Counted from the first letter of the stretch, positions 27,960 through 39,338 are shown. The stretch is DNA of 64,000 bases from Acidilobaceae archaeon (GCA_038897215.1 JAWAWX010000001.1:288001-352000), one strand, 5' to 3'. Made by a program: numbers and translations. The notes: generated from the sequence alone by a model not told the origin.

Positions 27960-30129
27960 CGCTGAGATAGACGAGATCAAGAGGATCCTGGGGAGAGAGC
28001 CGACGCTCGAAGAGCTGGCCATGTTTGAAGCTCAGTGGAGCGAGCACTGCTCCTACAAGAGTAGCAGACTCCTCCTTAGACTACTGCCGACTGAGGGCAA
28101 GCACGTAGTGATAGGGCCTGGTAGAGACGCTCCAGCCGTCGAGGTGTTCCCCGGGATTCTGGTCGCTTTCAAGATAGAGAGTCACAACCACCCGTCCGCT
28201 GTAGACCCGTACAATGGAGCCGCTACTGGTGTTGGAGGCGTTGTCAGAGACATACTCACACTCGGAGCAGAGCCGGTAGCTATACTCGACCTCCTATACC
28301 TAGGAGACCCGAGAGACGAACACGCTTCTCGATTAATTAAGGGCATAGTGAGAGGTGCGAGCGACTACGGTAGAGGAATAGGTGTCCCCACGGTTGCGGG
28401 AGACTCCTTCTTCGACCCAATCTTCAATAAGCAACCTCTCGTGAACGTGGGCTGTGTTGGAGTCCTCCCGAAGAGCAGACTCCTTACTGGAGCTCCGAGA
28501 GCTGGGGACGCGATAATGGTGATAGGTAGACCTACTGGGAGAGATGGAGTGCTAGGCAGTAGCTTCGCATCCAAGCCTCTCGAGGAGGAGGCTGGAGAGC
28601 AGTCTAGCGTCGTGCCTACAGGCGACCCTCGAGTAGAGAAGCTTCTCATAGAGGCTGTTCTTCAACTAAGTAGCCGCGGGCTAGTGCGCTACGTGAAAGA
28701 CCTTGGTGGAGGAGGGCTCACGACAGCTGTCTCTGAGACAGCTGCTGAGCACTCGCTCGGGGCAACGATATACCTCGATAGGCTTCATGCAGTAAAAGGG
28801 ATGACCCCCCTCGAGCTTCTAGTATCGGAGACTCAGGAGCGGATGATGCTAGTAGTAGAGCCCTCTAAGATAGCCGAGGTCTCGAAGACTCTTGAATCGC
28901 TAGGTCTAAGCTATAGCGTGATAGGGTATTTCGACGACTCGGGTAGAGTGAGAGCCTACTATGAGGGCAGGCTCGTAGCAGACGTGCCGGCCAGAGAGCT
29001 AGCCAAGCCTAGAGCAATCAAGAGAGAGTCCCGCCCGCCTCTCGAGGCGCTCAAAGGGCTCACTCCCCCGAGGCTACCCGAAGAGCCGAGAGACCTGTCT
29101 GAAGCATTACTAAAGGTGCTCTCATCGCCTAATGTAGCGTCCAAGAGGTGGATATTCGAACTATACGATAGCGATGTAGGAGGCAGAACGGTCCTCAAGC
29201 CGGGCTATGGCGATGCTGCTGTTATAAGGCTACCGTACGATGGAGGTAGAGGCTTAGCCGTTAAGGGCGACGCTAACCCGCGCTACACCTCTCTAGACCC
29301 ATTCAGTGGAGCAGCTAACTCTGTGGGAGAGTGCTTCAGAAACCTGTCGGCTGTGGGCTCAAAGCCTCTAGCTATAGTAGACCAGCTCAATGCAGGCAAC
29401 CCAGAGGTGCCGGAGCAGTTCTGGTACTTTGAGATGATGGTCAAAGGAGTAGCGTGGATGAGCAAAGAGCTAGGCGTGCCGGTCGTCGGCGGCAAGGTCA
29501 GCCTATACAATACAGACCAGACCGGCAGGCAGATCAAGCCGACTACAGCCATAATCGGGATAGGTCGAGTCGATAATGTTGAAAACGTGATGAGCATGAG
29601 CTTCAAGGAGGAGGGAAGCTACATAGTCGCAGTAGGTACAACGTATCCAGAGCTCGGAGCCACTGAGTATCTATACGTGGTGCACGGGATCGAGGAGGGA
29701 GAGGTTCCAAAGCCTAGACCCGCCTCCGAGTTAAGACACTCACTCTTCGTTAGAAGCGCTATAAGGAAAGGATTAGTCTTAGCGGCGCACGATGTGAGCT
29801 CAGGCGGTATAGCTGCCGCTCTCTCAGAGATGGCGATAACCGGGGGTCTAGCGTTCGAGATCGAATTGAACACTGTGCCGTCTCGAGGCATAACGAGACT
29901 AGACGAGCTCCTCTTCTCGGAGACTCAAGCGAGATACCTGCTCGAAGTCCGTAGAGACAGACTGGAGAGACTGCTGAGGCTCGCTAGAAGGCTGGGAGTA
30001 GACGCTAGCGTGATAGGGAGAACTACTAGAGGCAAGAGGGCAGTGTTCAGATTCGAGAATAGGGAAGTCTTCAGTATAGACATGGAGGAAGCTAGATCTG
30101 CTTACGAGAATCCCTCGAAGGTCATGTAG
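27946..30129 (+). CDS. purL: FGAM synthase, small-type PurL (synthetase subunit)
   Basis: WSEHCSYKSS, ESHNHPS, GAATGVGG, DLGGGG, SETQERM, AHDVSSGG. Confidence 0.97.
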   Translation: MTLSSAEIDEIKRILGREPTLEELAMFEAQWSEHCSYKSSRLLLRLLPTEGKHVVIGPGRDAPAVEVFPGILVAFKIESHNHPSAVDPYNGAATGVGGVVRDILTLGAEPVAILDLLYLGDPRDEHASRLIKGIVRGASDYGRGIGVPTVAGDSFFDPIFNKQPLVNVGCVGVLPKSRLLTGAPRAGDAIMVIGRPTGRDGVLGSSFASKPLEEEAGEQSSVVPTGDPRVEKLLIEAVLQLSSRGLVRYVKDLGGGGLTTAVSETAAEHSLGATIYLDRLHAVKGMTPLELLVSETQERMMLVVEPSKIAEVSKTLESLGLSYSVIGYFDDSGRVRAYYEGRLVADVPARELAKPRAIKRESRPPLEALKGLTPPRLPEEPRDLSEALLKVLSSPNVASKRWIFELYDSDVGGRTVLKPGYGDAAVIRLPYDGGRGLAVKGDANPRYTSLDPFSGAANSVGECFRNLSAVGSKPLAIVDQLNAGNPEVPEQFWYFEMMVKGVAWMSKELGVPVVGGKVSLYNTDQTGRQIKPTTAIIGIGRVDNVENVMSMSFKEEGSYIVAVGTTYPELGATEYLYVVHGIEEGEVPKPRPASELRHSLFVRSAIRKGLVLAAHDVSSGGIAAALSEMAITGGLAFEIELNTVPSRGITRLDELLFSETQARYLLEVRRDRLERLLRLARRLGVDASVIGRTTRGKRAVFRFENREVFSIDMEEARSAYENPSKVM

Positions 30130-30144
30130 GAGAAGTGAAGCCTC

Positions 30145-31509
30145 TTGGGAGGGCTCGCGGGATACCTGGGTGGAGACAGCCCTCTCACATATCTATCGCT
30201 ATTGTTACTCGAGGTTATGCATAGAGGCTGGGGTTCCGTAGGGCTATCCGTACTCTTCTCTAGGCAAAACAGGAGAGCGATAGCCTCCAGATACTATAAC
30301 GAAGGGTGGTGGCACAGCCTCCTACTCGCGTCGATAAGGAGAGCTGATGGAGGTACCGGGAGCCAGAGAGAGGTCTTGGGAGGAGTGGGGTACGTTGGAG
30401 AGAGCTTCAACATAGCTCAGCCTGCTACATACAAGCTGAATGGCTTCGAGATAGCTGTAGCCATAGACGGCAAGATACTCAATCTGAGCGAGATAGCCTC
30501 CTCGCTGGGGCTAGCTGAGACCGAGGATAAGCCAGATACTCTGGCTCGAGTGCTCTCCGTTCTCTCCCGCGAGCATGGAGGGGACGTGGTCGAAGCTGTG
30601 AAGACCTTGGTTAAGACAGCTGTGGGAGGCTTCAGCCTCATAGCTATCACCTCAGAGCCTAGGCTGGTCGCAGCGAAAGACGCTCAGGGATTCAAGCCTC
30701 TCTCCTACGCTACCTCAGACTCCTACATTGCTGTAGCTTCTGAGACCTCTGCTCTCCAGAGCTTGGGCTTCGAGTGGAGAGAGCTAGACGCTGGCTCTGT
30801 CCTCTCCTTCGATGGAAGGAGCCTAGAGGTGTCTCGAGCTGAGGCTACTACAGCTACCCCCTGTGCTTTCGAGTACGTGTATCTATCTAGACCGGACTCT
30901 GTCTTCAACAACGTCTCCGTCTACTCAGCTAAATTCAATATGGGGAGAGAGGTTGCTAGAAGGTCGTTCGTGAAGGCAGACATAGTCGTGCCATTACCTG
31001 AGAGCGGTCGCGTAGCTGCTCTAGGCTACAGTAGAGAGAGCGGTATACCTCTAGAGGAGGCCGTCTACACTGTCAGGTATACTGGCAGAAGCTTCCTAGC
31101 TCCCAAAGAGGTTAGAGATATCGTTGCTGACGCTAAGTATGGAATCGTGAAGAGCGTTGTGAAAGACAAGTCTATAATCATCGTGGACGACTCTATAGTC
31201 AGAGGGACGACTGTACGCAGGCTCTCCCTGAAGCTGAGGTCTGTGGGAGCTCGAGAAATCCACTTGAGGATCGCGAGCCCCAGGCTGGCACACCCCTGCC
31301 CGATAAGTAGCGAGATGAAACTACAGGACCTAGCTGCTCGCAACGAGTCTTTGCGAGAAGCGCTAGCCGGCATTGCTAGCTTGCACCACAACACAATCGA
31401 GGGCCTGAGGAACGCCATAGGCTTAGACTCGCTCTGCACAGCCTGCTTCTCGGGAGAGTGCCCTCTCACTCGAGGACGCGACTTGTGGAACCGGGGTGGA
31501 GGGCTCTGA
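30145..31509 (+). CDS. purF: Amidophosphoribosyltransferase homolog 1: PRTase domain intact, glutaminase domain degenerate
   Basis: CAFEYVY.SRPDS, PESG, VDDSIVRGTT, PC, LCTACF. N-terminus MGGLAG has no Cys, and an in-frame stop lies just upstream (30136). Confidence 0.9.
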   Translation: MGGLAGYLGGDSPLTYLSLLLLEVMHRGWGSVGLSVLFSRQNRRAIASRYYNEGWWHSLLLASIRRADGGTGSQREVLGGVGYVGESFNIAQPATYKLNGFEIAVAIDGKILNLSEIASSLGLAETEDKPDTLARVLSVLSREHGGDVVEAVKTLVKTAVGGFSLIAITSEPRLVAAKDAQGFKPLSYATSDSYIAVASETSALQSLGFEWRELDAGSVLSFDGRSLEVSRAEATTATPCAFEYVYLSRPDSVFNNVSVYSAKFNMGREVARRSFVKADIVVPLPESGRVAALGYSRESGIPLEEAVYTVRYTGRSFLAPKEVRDIVADAKYGIVKSVVKDKSIIIVDDSIVRGTTVRRLSLKLRSVGAREIHLRIASPRLAHPCPISSEMKLQDLAARNESLREALAGIASLHHNTIEGLRNAIGLDSLCTACFSGECPLTRGRDLWNRGGGL

Positions 31510-32768
31510 CAGCGCTTCTCGGCGTTCTCGCGTTCGACGATATCTGGAACGTCTCGCCCATGGTTAGATACGGCTTGCTATCGTTAAGACACAGAGGTGA
31601 CAGCATCTACCTCTTATGCTATAGCGATGGAGCTGAGGTATCGTGCGAGGAGTTCAAGTCTTTGAGTAAGATGTCTTCGCGAAGCTACTCTGTAGCCGTA
31701 GCCGGTGTGCTCCGCTCTAGGCAAGCGAGCTCTGTATACGCAATGGGGGAAGCGTCGGGGCGCAGAGTCGCGGTGATAGCCTCCAGAGAGTATGAAGCTT
31801 TAGAGGAGGTCGCTTCCGCGATAGCTTCAGCTATGGCTAGTGATAGACTCGAGAAGTGGCTAGACCTCTTTGAGAAGCCAGAGCTCGCCGACGATCTCCC
31901 ATCGTTTATAGCATTGACGGATAGAGGAGATGTAATCGCTTACCGAGACTCTCTAGGGCTCACTCCTCTAGCTCTCGGAGGCTACGGCTTCGACTTAGCG
32001 ATAGTAGCTTCCGAGTCTTCGGCTATAGACGTTCTTGATGGAGACGTAAAGCGCCACCTAGAGCCTGGCGAGAGCATTCTGGTCTCGAGGAGGCTCGTCA
32101 AGAGCTGGAGGACGAGAGCTAGACCAGTCGGGCTATGCCTCTTCGAGCTACTATACATGGCTAGACACGACTCTATAGTCGACGGAGTCAGCGTCTACGA
32201 GTTCAGGAAGGCTCTAGGAGCTCGGCTAGCTGATAGAATGCAACAACGTGAGAGAGTAGACGTTGTGGTAGGAGTTCCCGAAAGCGCTACACCCTACGCG
32301 ATAGGCTTGGCTAACGCGTTAAGAAAACCCTACGATATCGCGTTCGTTCCCACTAAGCGAGTCAGGTCGATGCTGAAGTCGAGCCCTCTACACAAGCTGA
32401 TCGCGATCCACTTGAAGATGAACCCTATCAGGAGCTCTATCGAGGGGAAGCGAGTAGCCATAGTGGATGACAGCATGGTCACGGGAGCGACAGCAAAGAC
32501 TGTCTCTCAGTTGCTGAGACTGAGGATTGGAGCAGAGGAGGTCCACTTCCTCGTAGCGAGCCCGCCGATAGTGGAGAAGTGCCCCTACTCGCTGATGAAG
32601 TTCGATAAGGATAGCTTAGTCGCGGCAAACCTCACGAGCTCCGACATAGAGGATTATCTGGAAGTCGACTCGCTCACATGGCTCTCCCTAGAGGACGTGA
32701 GGCGAGAAGCTGAAGCGAGAGGCATACGAGTCTGCGATAAGTGCTTTGGGAGCGTGAGAGAGAGATGA
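31506..32768 (+). CDS. purF: Amidophosphoribosyltransferase homolog 2 (crenarchaeal purF-2 type)
   Basis: LLGVLAFDDIWNV..YGL..L.HRG, CLFELLY.AR.DS, VDDSMVTG, CPY, CDKC. Probable CTG start in a CTGA overlap with the purF1 stop (ORF-track GTG 31458 is the alternative). Confidence 0.85.
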   Translation: MTALLGVLAFDDIWNVSPMVRYGLLSLRHRGDSIYLLCYSDGAEVSCEEFKSLSKMSSRSYSVAVAGVLRSRQASSVYAMGEASGRRVAVIASREYEALEEVASAIASAMASDRLEKWLDLFEKPELADDLPSFIALTDRGDVIAYRDSLGLTPLALGGYGFDLAIVASESSAIDVLDGDVKRHLEPGESILVSRRLVKSWRTRARPVGLCLFELLYMARHDSIVDGVSVYEFRKALGARLADRMQQRERVDVVVGVPESATPYAIGLANALRKPYDIAFVPTKRVRSMLKSSPLHKLIAIHLKMNPIRSSIEGKRVAIVDDSMVTGATAKTVSQLLRLRIGAEEVHFLVASPPIVEKCPYSLMKFDKDSLVAANLTSSDIEDYLEVDSLTWLSLEDVRREAEARGIRVCDKCFGSVRER

Positions 32769-34282
32769 AGGTGCTGGTAGTAGGGTCAGGGGGCAGAGAG
32801 CACGCTCTCGTGAAGCTTATTAGAGCGAGTTCTATCGAGCCCAGAGTCTACGTGGTGATGGATTACGCAAACCCCGGGCTGAAGAGAGAAGCTGAGGAGT
32901 CTAGAGGCTCTTGGTTCGTAGCGTCTACAACCAAGCCTGGTAATGTGGTCGGAATAGCGGAGCTCGTAAACCCAGACCTCATCGTAGTAGGACCCGAGGA
33001 GCCTCAGTTCGCTGGAGTAACCGATGCTCTGAGAGAGAAGGGGTTCACTGTTTTCGGAGCTGATTCTGATTGCGCTGAGATAGAGAAGAGTAAGGTTTTC
33101 GCTAGAAGCCTAATGTGGAAGTATAACATTCCTGGAAGGCTCTTCTTCAAGGCATTCAAGAGTCTCGATGAGGCCTCTAAATTCATCGAGTTCGCTGGAG
33201 ACGTGGTAGTCAAGCCTGCTAGACAAGCTGGAGGCAAGGGCGTCAAGGTGTTGAGAGACACTAAAGCGTATCTCAGCGTAGACAAGAGCAGAGTTAAGAG
33301 AACGTACATAGACAAGCTCTACGACATGATGCGCTCCTACTCAGACATAGAGTACAAGATCCTCGTAGAGCAGAGAGTAGAGGGAGTGGAGTACACAGCT
33401 CAGGTAATCACAGACGGCGAGACACTACTGCCTCTACCTCTAGCTCAAGACAATCCCCACGCGTACGAGTTCGACATAGGCCCGGAGACTGGAGGCATGG
33501 GTAGCATAATGGGTCCAGGCTATCTGCTACCTATGATAACAGAGAGCGAGTTTAAGAAGACCATAGAGATCGTGGAGAGTAGCCTCAAGGCTCTACAGGC
33601 TGAGAAGAAGAAGCCGTATGTCGGAGCGATCGCGGGTCAGATGATGCTAACAGGGCTCTGGGGGCCTACAGTGATAGAGTTCTATAGCAGATTCGGAGAC
33701 CCCGAGATAGCCAACCTAGTGCCCCTACTGGACTCAGACTTCCTCGAAGTCTTGGAGAGAGCAGCTACGAGGAGACTCGCTGGAGCCAAGATTAGAGTGA
33801 AGGATGGGCTAGTCAGCGTGGTCAAAGCCGTAGCTCCCTCAGGTTACCCTGATGACAGAGAAGCTGCGACAGGCCACGCGGTAGTAGTCGATGAGAGGAG
33901 GATCTCGGAGCTAGGATGCATCACTCTATACGCTAGCGTCGAGGAGATAGATGGGAGAGTCTACACGAAAGGGTCTAGAGTAGTCGAGATCGTGTGTAGT
34001 GGCGAGAGCTATAGAGAAGCGTACACGAAATCGGAGAAAGCGGTGCTCAACGTATCTAGTCTCGATGGGTGGCCGCTATTCCATAGGAGCGACGTAGGGT
34101 CGCCTCGAGTGATAGAAGAGAGAGCTAGGCTAGCAGAGAGAGTCAGGAGAGTCTATCTCTCTCGAGCAGCCCGCGGGCTACTAGGCAGGCAGCTCGTATG
34201 GCTCCCCGGGGAGGGCGTGATAGAGAACCCCCTAGTTACGGGGGTCAAGAGAGATAGAGGAGGTGGAGTCTTTGCGCCGTAG
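32765..34282 (+). CDS. purD: Phosphoribosylamine-glycine ligase
   Basis: MKVLVVGSGGREHA, GPEEP, AGGKGV, GPETGGMG, RFGDPE. ATGA overlap at 32765. Confidence 0.96.
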   Translation: MKVLVVGSGGREHALVKLIRASSIEPRVYVVMDYANPGLKREAEESRGSWFVASTTKPGNVVGIAELVNPDLIVVGPEEPQFAGVTDALREKGFTVFGADSDCAEIEKSKVFARSLMWKYNIPGRLFFKAFKSLDEASKFIEFAGDVVVKPARQAGGKGVKVLRDTKAYLSVDKSRVKRTYIDKLYDMMRSYSDIEYKILVEQRVEGVEYTAQVITDGETLLPLPLAQDNPHAYEFDIGPETGGMGSIMGPGYLLPMITESEFKKTIEIVESSLKALQAEKKKPYVGAIAGQMMLTGLWGPTVIEFYSRFGDPEIANLVPLLDSDFLEVLERAATRRLAGAKIRVKDGLVSVVKAVAPSGYPDDREAATGHAVVVDERRISELGCITLYASVEEIDGRVYTKGSRVVEIVCSGESYREAYTKSEKAVLNVSSLDGWPLFHRSDVGSPRVIEERARLAERVRRVYLSRAARGLLGRQLVWLPGEGVIENPLVTGVKRDRGGGVFAP

Positions 34283-35492
34283 AGAGTTCCTCACGACCCC
34301 CCTCTTCGGAGACTCTTTGAAGATACTGATGTTGGGGGGCGGAGAGCTCGGCAAGGAGGTCGCTATAGAGGCTCAGAGACTTGGAGTCGAGGTAGTGGTC
34401 GTCGATAGATACGATTGGGCGCCAGCTATGCATGTAGCTCATAGGAGATACGTTGTCGACATGATGAACCCCAATGCCGTCAAGGCGATAGTAGAGAGAG
34501 AAAAGCCTGACCTGATAGTCCCAGAGATAGAGGCTATAGCGACAGATGCTCTCCAAGAGCTAGAAGAGAGAGGCTACACGATTGTGCCTAACGCTAGAGC
34601 CGTCGGGATAGCAATGAATAGAATAGAGCTGAGAAGATTCGCCGCTGAGACTCTCCAGCTTCCTACAGCGAGGTACGCTATAGCGGCTAACGAGGAGGAG
34701 GCCTACGAGGCCTGCGAGAAGGTAGGGTACCCGTGTCTCCTGAAGCCGGAGATGAGTAGTAGCGGTTTGGGTCACGTTAAGGTCAGCGAGTCTAGTAGAG
34801 AGAGTGTAGCGAAAGCGTACCAGTACGCGATAGCGCACGCTAGAGGCAAGAGTAGGAGAGTCATAGTCGAGGAGTTCCTAAACCTAGCCACGGAATTCAC
34901 TATACTCACCTACAGATACGTCTCCGAAGACGGAGGCGTAGCCACAGAGACCTGCGAGCCCGTAGAGCACTGGAGATACGGGCAGTACCACTACATCGAG
35001 TCATGGCAACCCTCAGAGAGAGAGCCTAGAGTCTTGGAGGCCGCTAGATCCATCGGCTTGAGGATCGCGGAGAGCCTAGGCGGGCTAGGCATATACGGAG
35101 TCGAGGTCTTCCTGACAGCAGACGGTAGAGTGCTTTTCAGCGAAGTTGCTCCACGACCGCACGATACAGGGATGGTCACCATGGCTAGCCAGGAGCTCAG
35201 CGAGTTCGCTATACACGTGAGAGCAGCTCTAGGACTCCCAGTCCCTAAGCCTAGAGTAGTGTCTCCAGCAGCCAGCATAGCAGTCTACGCTGACAGAGGA
35301 GACGTCTGGGCTCCGAGAATCAGCGGAGTATACGAGGCTCTAAGCATACCGGGAGTCGACCTGAGAGTCTTCGGGAAACCCTACACCTACCCTGGTAGGA
35401 GGGTCGCAGTCGTTCTAGCTAGAGGGTCTAGCGTAGCAGAGGCTCTAGAGAAGGCTAGAAGAGCAGCCTCGAAGCTGAGGGTTGCACAGTGA
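34263..35492 (+). CDS. purT: Formate-dependent GAR transformylase
   Basis: GGGELGKEVAIEAQRLG, APAMHVA, MSSSG.G, PRPHDTG. Confidence 0.96.
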   Translation: MESLRRREFLTTPLFGDSLKILMLGGGELGKEVAIEAQRLGVEVVVVDRYDWAPAMHVAHRRYVVDMMNPNAVKAIVEREKPDLIVPEIEAIATDALQELEERGYTIVPNARAVGIAMNRIELRRFAAETLQLPTARYAIAANEEEAYEACEKVGYPCLLKPEMSSSGLGHVKVSESSRESVAKAYQYAIAHARGKSRRVIVEEFLNLATEFTILTYRYVSEDGGVATETCEPVEHWRYGQYHYIESWQPSEREPRVLEAARSIGLRIAESLGGLGIYGVEVFLTADGRVLFSEVAPRPHDTGMVTMASQELSEFAIHVRAALGLPVPKPRVVSPAASIAVYADRGDVWAPRISGVYEALSIPGVDLRVFGKPYTYPGRRVAVVLARGSSVAEALEKARRAASKLRVAQ

Positions 35493-36508
35493 GAGAAAAA
35501 GCCTGGACCTACGAGCGCGCAGGAGTCAGCATACCGAAGCAGAGGAGTCTCCACGAGATAGCTCTAGCGGCAGCTAGAGCTGTCAGCGAGCAGCTCAAGG
35601 TAGAAGTCGAGGGCCTAGGAGGCTATGGTGCATCGATGAAGCTAAATGGGTTAAAGCTAATGCTTCACGTAGACGGAGTTGGGACGAAGACCATAGTGCT
35701 GAGAGAGCTCAACAAGCTATGGGTTGCTGGATGGGATTGCATAGCCATGAATGTGAACGATGTTGCTTGCGATAGAGGCAGACCACTAGCCGTAGTCGAC
35801 TACATATCGATGCCTGAAGCAGACAACGAGGCTTTCGCGCAGATAATGGAGGGTATAGCGAGAGCAGCCTTAGAGTCAAAAATAGTCATCCTCGGAGGAG
35901 AGACAGCCATACTCCCAGATTTAGCGTCAGGAGTAGACGTAGTCTGCTCCGTGCTAGCCCTCAAGGAGGGAGAGGTAGAGTCTCTCGAAGAGGGGGACGT
36001 TCTTGTCGGAGTCGAGAGCCTAGGGCTTCACGCAAACGGCTACACTCTAGTGAGGAGACTCCTTAAGCATAAAGGTCTATCCTTCAGCTCTCGCGTAGAC
36101 GACCTGGATCTAAGCGTGGAGCTCTCGAAGCCTACAGCTATCTACTCGAATCTACTCCTCCAAGCCTACCAGCTAGGGCTAGCTAAGAGAGCGGCTCACA
36201 TAACGGGCGGAGGCTTCACCAAGATAAAGAGGATACTGGGGCCTGCTCTAGATGCTCGCATAGCCGCTCCCAAGCCCCCCAGAGTCTTCGAGGTGATCCA
36301 GGAGCTCGGAAGCGTCTCCTCAGAGGAGATGTATAGAGTCTTCAACATGGGGGTAGGGCTAGTAGTCGCCGCTAAGCCTGAGAACGCTGACGACTTGATC
36401 GAGCTAGCAGAGAGACACGGGTTTAGAGCTAGCGTTATCGGCACCATAGCTAGAGGCTCTGGTAGAGTACTCATCGAGACCTGGAGAGGCGAGAAGCTTG
36501 AGCTATGA
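35489..36508 (+). CDS. purM: AIR synthetase
   Basis: YERAGV, DGVGTK, AMNVND, GGETA, GLHANGY, AHITGGG, VFNMGVG. Confidence 0.96.
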   Translation: MREKAWTYERAGVSIPKQRSLHEIALAAARAVSEQLKVEVEGLGGYGASMKLNGLKLMLHVDGVGTKTIVLRELNKLWVAGWDCIAMNVNDVACDRGRPLAVVDYISMPEADNEAFAQIMEGIARAALESKIVILGGETAILPDLASGVDVVCSVLALKEGEVESLEEGDVLVGVESLGLHANGYTLVRRLLKHKGLSFSSRVDDLDLSVELSKPTAIYSNLLLQAYQLGLAKRAAHITGGGFTKIKRILGPALDARIAAPKPPRVFEVIQELGSVSSEEMYRVFNMGVGLVVAAKPENADDLIELAERHGFRASVIGTIARGSGRVLIETWRGEKLEL

Positions 36509-37619
36509 GAGGAGAGCACGAATAGACCCCTCTAGTCTACTCGATGGATACGACCTGAGAGCTCTCTCCATAGCCTCTATAGCCAGCCACTCCGCTCTAG
36601 ACGTCTTCGACGGAGCTAAAGACGAGGGCTTCAAGACAGTAGCTGTCTGCCAGAAGGGGAGGGAGAAACCATACCTCAGATTCAGGAGGGTAGTCGATGT
36701 AGCGATCGTGCTAGACAAGTTCGCTGATATCGTGAAACCAGAGAACGTAAGCAAGCTGAGGTCATACAACGCGATACTCGTCCCCAATAGGAGCTTCGCT
36801 GTATACGTGGGCTACGATGCGATAGAGGAGAACCTCCCTCTACCCATATTCGGTAATAGATGGCTTCTGAGATACGAAGAGAGGGTAGGTTTCAAAAACT
36901 ATTACACCATATTGGACAAAGCTGGGATAAGGAGACCTAAGACCTTCACGTCTATAGACGAAGTGGATAGACCAGTCATAGTCAAGGTTCCTCATGCAGT
37001 GAAGAGAGTAGAACGAGGCTTCTTCGTAGCAGTAGATAGAGACGACTTAAGCAAGAAGGCTAGAAGACTAGCGGAGAGGGGAGTCATTAGAGAAGAGGAC
37101 CTCAAACACGCCTCCATAGAGGAGCTCGTGCTCGGAGCTCACTTCAACGTGAACTACTTCGTGAGCATAGCTAGAGGAGACGTGGAGATTCTGAGCGTAG
37201 ATAGAAGGATACAGACTGACATAGACGGGTTTCTGAGACTACCCGCGCCCATCCAGCTAGAGCTCTCCGAGCACGCTGACGTCGAGATGATAGAGGTGGG
37301 TCACGAGCCTGTGACGATTAGAGAGAGCTTGTTGGAGAAGCTGTTCGAGATAGGCGATAGATTTGTTGAAGCCGCTCGAGAGATCGAGCCTCCGGGCGTC
37401 ATAGGCCCCTTCACGCTCCAACTCATGGTGACAAAGGATTTGGACGTAGTGGTCTTCGATGTAGCGTTGAGGATAGGCGGTGGGACGAACGCCTATATGG
37501 GGGTCGGGAGCCAGTACAGCAAGCTCTACTTCGGAAAGCCTATCAGCTTAGGGAGGAGGATCGCTATCGAGATCCGAGAGTGCATCGAGCAGGAGTGCTT
37601 AGAGAAGCTGGTGACATAG
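36498..37619 (+). CDS. purP: PurP-family ATP-grasp protein, paralog 2
   Basis: SHSALDV.DGAKDEG, PNRSF, ERGFF, DRRIQ, RIGGGT. Confidence 0.9.
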   Translation: MSYERRARIDPSSLLDGYDLRALSIASIASHSALDVFDGAKDEGFKTVAVCQKGREKPYLRFRRVVDVAIVLDKFADIVKPENVSKLRSYNAILVPNRSFAVYVGYDAIEENLPLPIFGNRWLLRYEERVGFKNYYTILDKAGIRRPKTFTSIDEVDRPVIVKVPHAVKRVERGFFVAVDRDDLSKKARRLAERGVIREEDLKHASIEELVLGAHFNVNYFVSIARGDVEILSVDRRIQTDIDGFLRLPAPIQLELSEHADVEMIEVGHEPVTIRESLLEKLFEIGDRFVEAAREIEPPGVIGPFTLQLMVTKDLDVVVFDVALRIGGGTNAYMGVGSQYSKLYFGKPISLGRRIAIEIRECIEQECLEKLVT

Positions 37620-37620
37620 C

Positions 37621-38988
37621 GTGGACGAGCTTAGGTTCTCATGTGTGTTCGAGTGGAGGTATGGCTCTCGGGAGATGAGAGAGCTCTTCACCGCAGAGTC
37701 TATGGTTAAGAAGCTCTTAGACGTCGAGATAGCCCTTCTGAGAGGGCTAGAGGAGGCTGGCTTCGCAGAGAGAGGTTGCGCTGAGGCTATTAAATCGTGC
37801 GTCGAAGAGATCACTGCTAGAGAGGTCTACGAGCTAGAAGCCAAGATAGGGCACGATATAGCGGCTTTAGCGCAGATAGCTGGAGATAGGTGCGGGCCCT
37901 GCGGTAGATTCTTCCATCTGGGAGCCACGAGCTACGATATAGTCGACACTGCTTGGGCTCTCATACTGAGAGATGCTTTAGCTATAGTTAAAAACAGGTT
38001 GGCGAGAGTCATAGACGTCCTCTCCGAGCTAGCGTTGAGGGAAGCTGAGACCCTGATGGCGGGTAGAACACATGGGCAGCACGCTGTCCCCATAACTCTC
38101 GGCTTCAAGCTAGCGAACTTCGCTTACGAACTCTCCCGCGGTCTAGAGAGGATTCTCGACGCAGAGAGGAGGCTTGTGAGATGCAAGATCTCTGGCGCAG
38201 TGGGGACTATGGCCGCGTGGAAAGATAGGGGGCTAGTGGTAGAGGAGACTGCCTGCTCGAGTCTAGGTCTAGAGCCTCACGCTATAACGACGCAGGTGGC
38301 TCCTCGCGATGGATTTGCTGAGATAGCTACAGCTCTAGCTATACTAGCCAGTCAGCTCGATAGGCTTGCTCTAGAGGTGAGAGAGCTCTCGAGAACAGAG
38401 ATCGGCGAGCTCTCCGAGGGAGAGGAGAGAGTCGGGAGTAGCACTATGCCGCAGAAGAGGAATCCGGTGACAGCAGAGAGGGTATCGGGGCTCGCTAGGA
38501 TAGCCAGGTCTCTCTCTATAGCTGCTCTCGAGAACATAGTCTTGATGCACGAAAGAGACCTAACGAATAGCAGTGCTGAGAGAGTACTCATCCCCCACCT
38601 CTTGCTCACAGTAGACCAGATGCTGATAGACACTGAGAGAATGCTGAAATCTCTCGTGGTCGATAGAGAGGCTATGGCTAGAAACTTGGAGCTCACGAGA
38701 GGAGCGATCATGGCCGAGTCTGTCATGATGAAACTCGTCGAGAAAGGAGTCCCCAGACATAGAGCACACGCGATTATCAGAGAGGTATTGAGGAAGACTG
38801 GGGGAGACGAAAGCTTTGCTAACGCTCTACAGAAAGACCCTGTGATATCATCGCTTCTCACACCAGATGAGATCAGAGAGAGTCTAGATTACAAGTCATA
38901 TCTAGGCTCCTACAGACAGCTCGTAGCTAGAGCTTTAGAGTATGCCAGGAGAGTCGCTGACTTAGCGAAAGCTAGCAGTCATCGCTGA
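37621..38988 (+). CDS. purB: Adenylosuccinate lyase
   Basis: [38 protein letters not shown]. Confidence 0.96.
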   Translation: MDELRFSCVFEWRYGSREMRELFTAESMVKKLLDVEIALLRGLEEAGFAERGCAEAIKSCVEEITAREVYELEAKIGHDIAALAQIAGDRCGPCGRFFHLGATSYDIVDTAWALILRDALAIVKNRLARVIDVLSELALREAETLMAGRTHGQHAVPITLGFKLANFAYELSRGLERILDAERRLVRCKISGAVGTMAAWKDRGLVVEETACSSLGLEPHAITTQVAPRDGFAEIATALAILASQLDRLALEVRELSRTEIGELSEGEERVGSSTMPQKRNPVTAERVSGLARIARSLSIAALENIVLMHERDLTNSSAERVLIPHLLLTVDQMLIDTERMLKSLVVDREAMARNLELTRGAIMAESVMMKLVEKGVPRHRAHAIIREVLRKTGGDESFANALQKDPVISSLLTPDEIRESLDYKSYLGSYRQLVARALEYARRVADLAKASSHR

Positions 38989-39338
38989 GACCGAATCCGG
39001 AGACCTCGGAAGAAGCACGTTTTGTTTCCCGTATGGCAGGCTGGACCTGTAGCTTCTACTAGGTAGAGTATCGCGTCGTTATCGCAGTCAATTCTTATCT
39101 CTACGACTTTCATGATATTCCCTGAAGTCTCTCCCTTCAGCCACAGCCTCTTCCTACTCCTGCTCCAGAAGTGAGCCAAGCCTGTCGCCACTGTTCTCTC
39201 GATGGCTTCGCGATTAGCGTAAGCTAGCATCAATACATCCTTGGTTCTATAGTCTTGAACCACGACGGGCACTATTCCGCCTGCTTTCTCGAAATCTATG
39301 AGGTCTAGTAGCTGATTAATCTCCAAGGGCTCCGTCAT
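38979..39338 (-). CDS. hisI: Phosphoribosyl-AMP cyclohydrolase (stand-alone, no HisE domain)
   Basis: WSRSR..LW.KGETSGN, DCDND, ACHTG..TCF. Confidence 0.96.
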   Translation of the reverse strand: MTEPLEINQLLDLIDFEKAGGIVPVVVQDYRTKDVLMLAYANREAIERTVATGLAHFWSRSRKRLWLKGETSGNIMKVVEIRIDCDNDAILYLVEATGPACHTGNKTCFFRGLRIRSQR

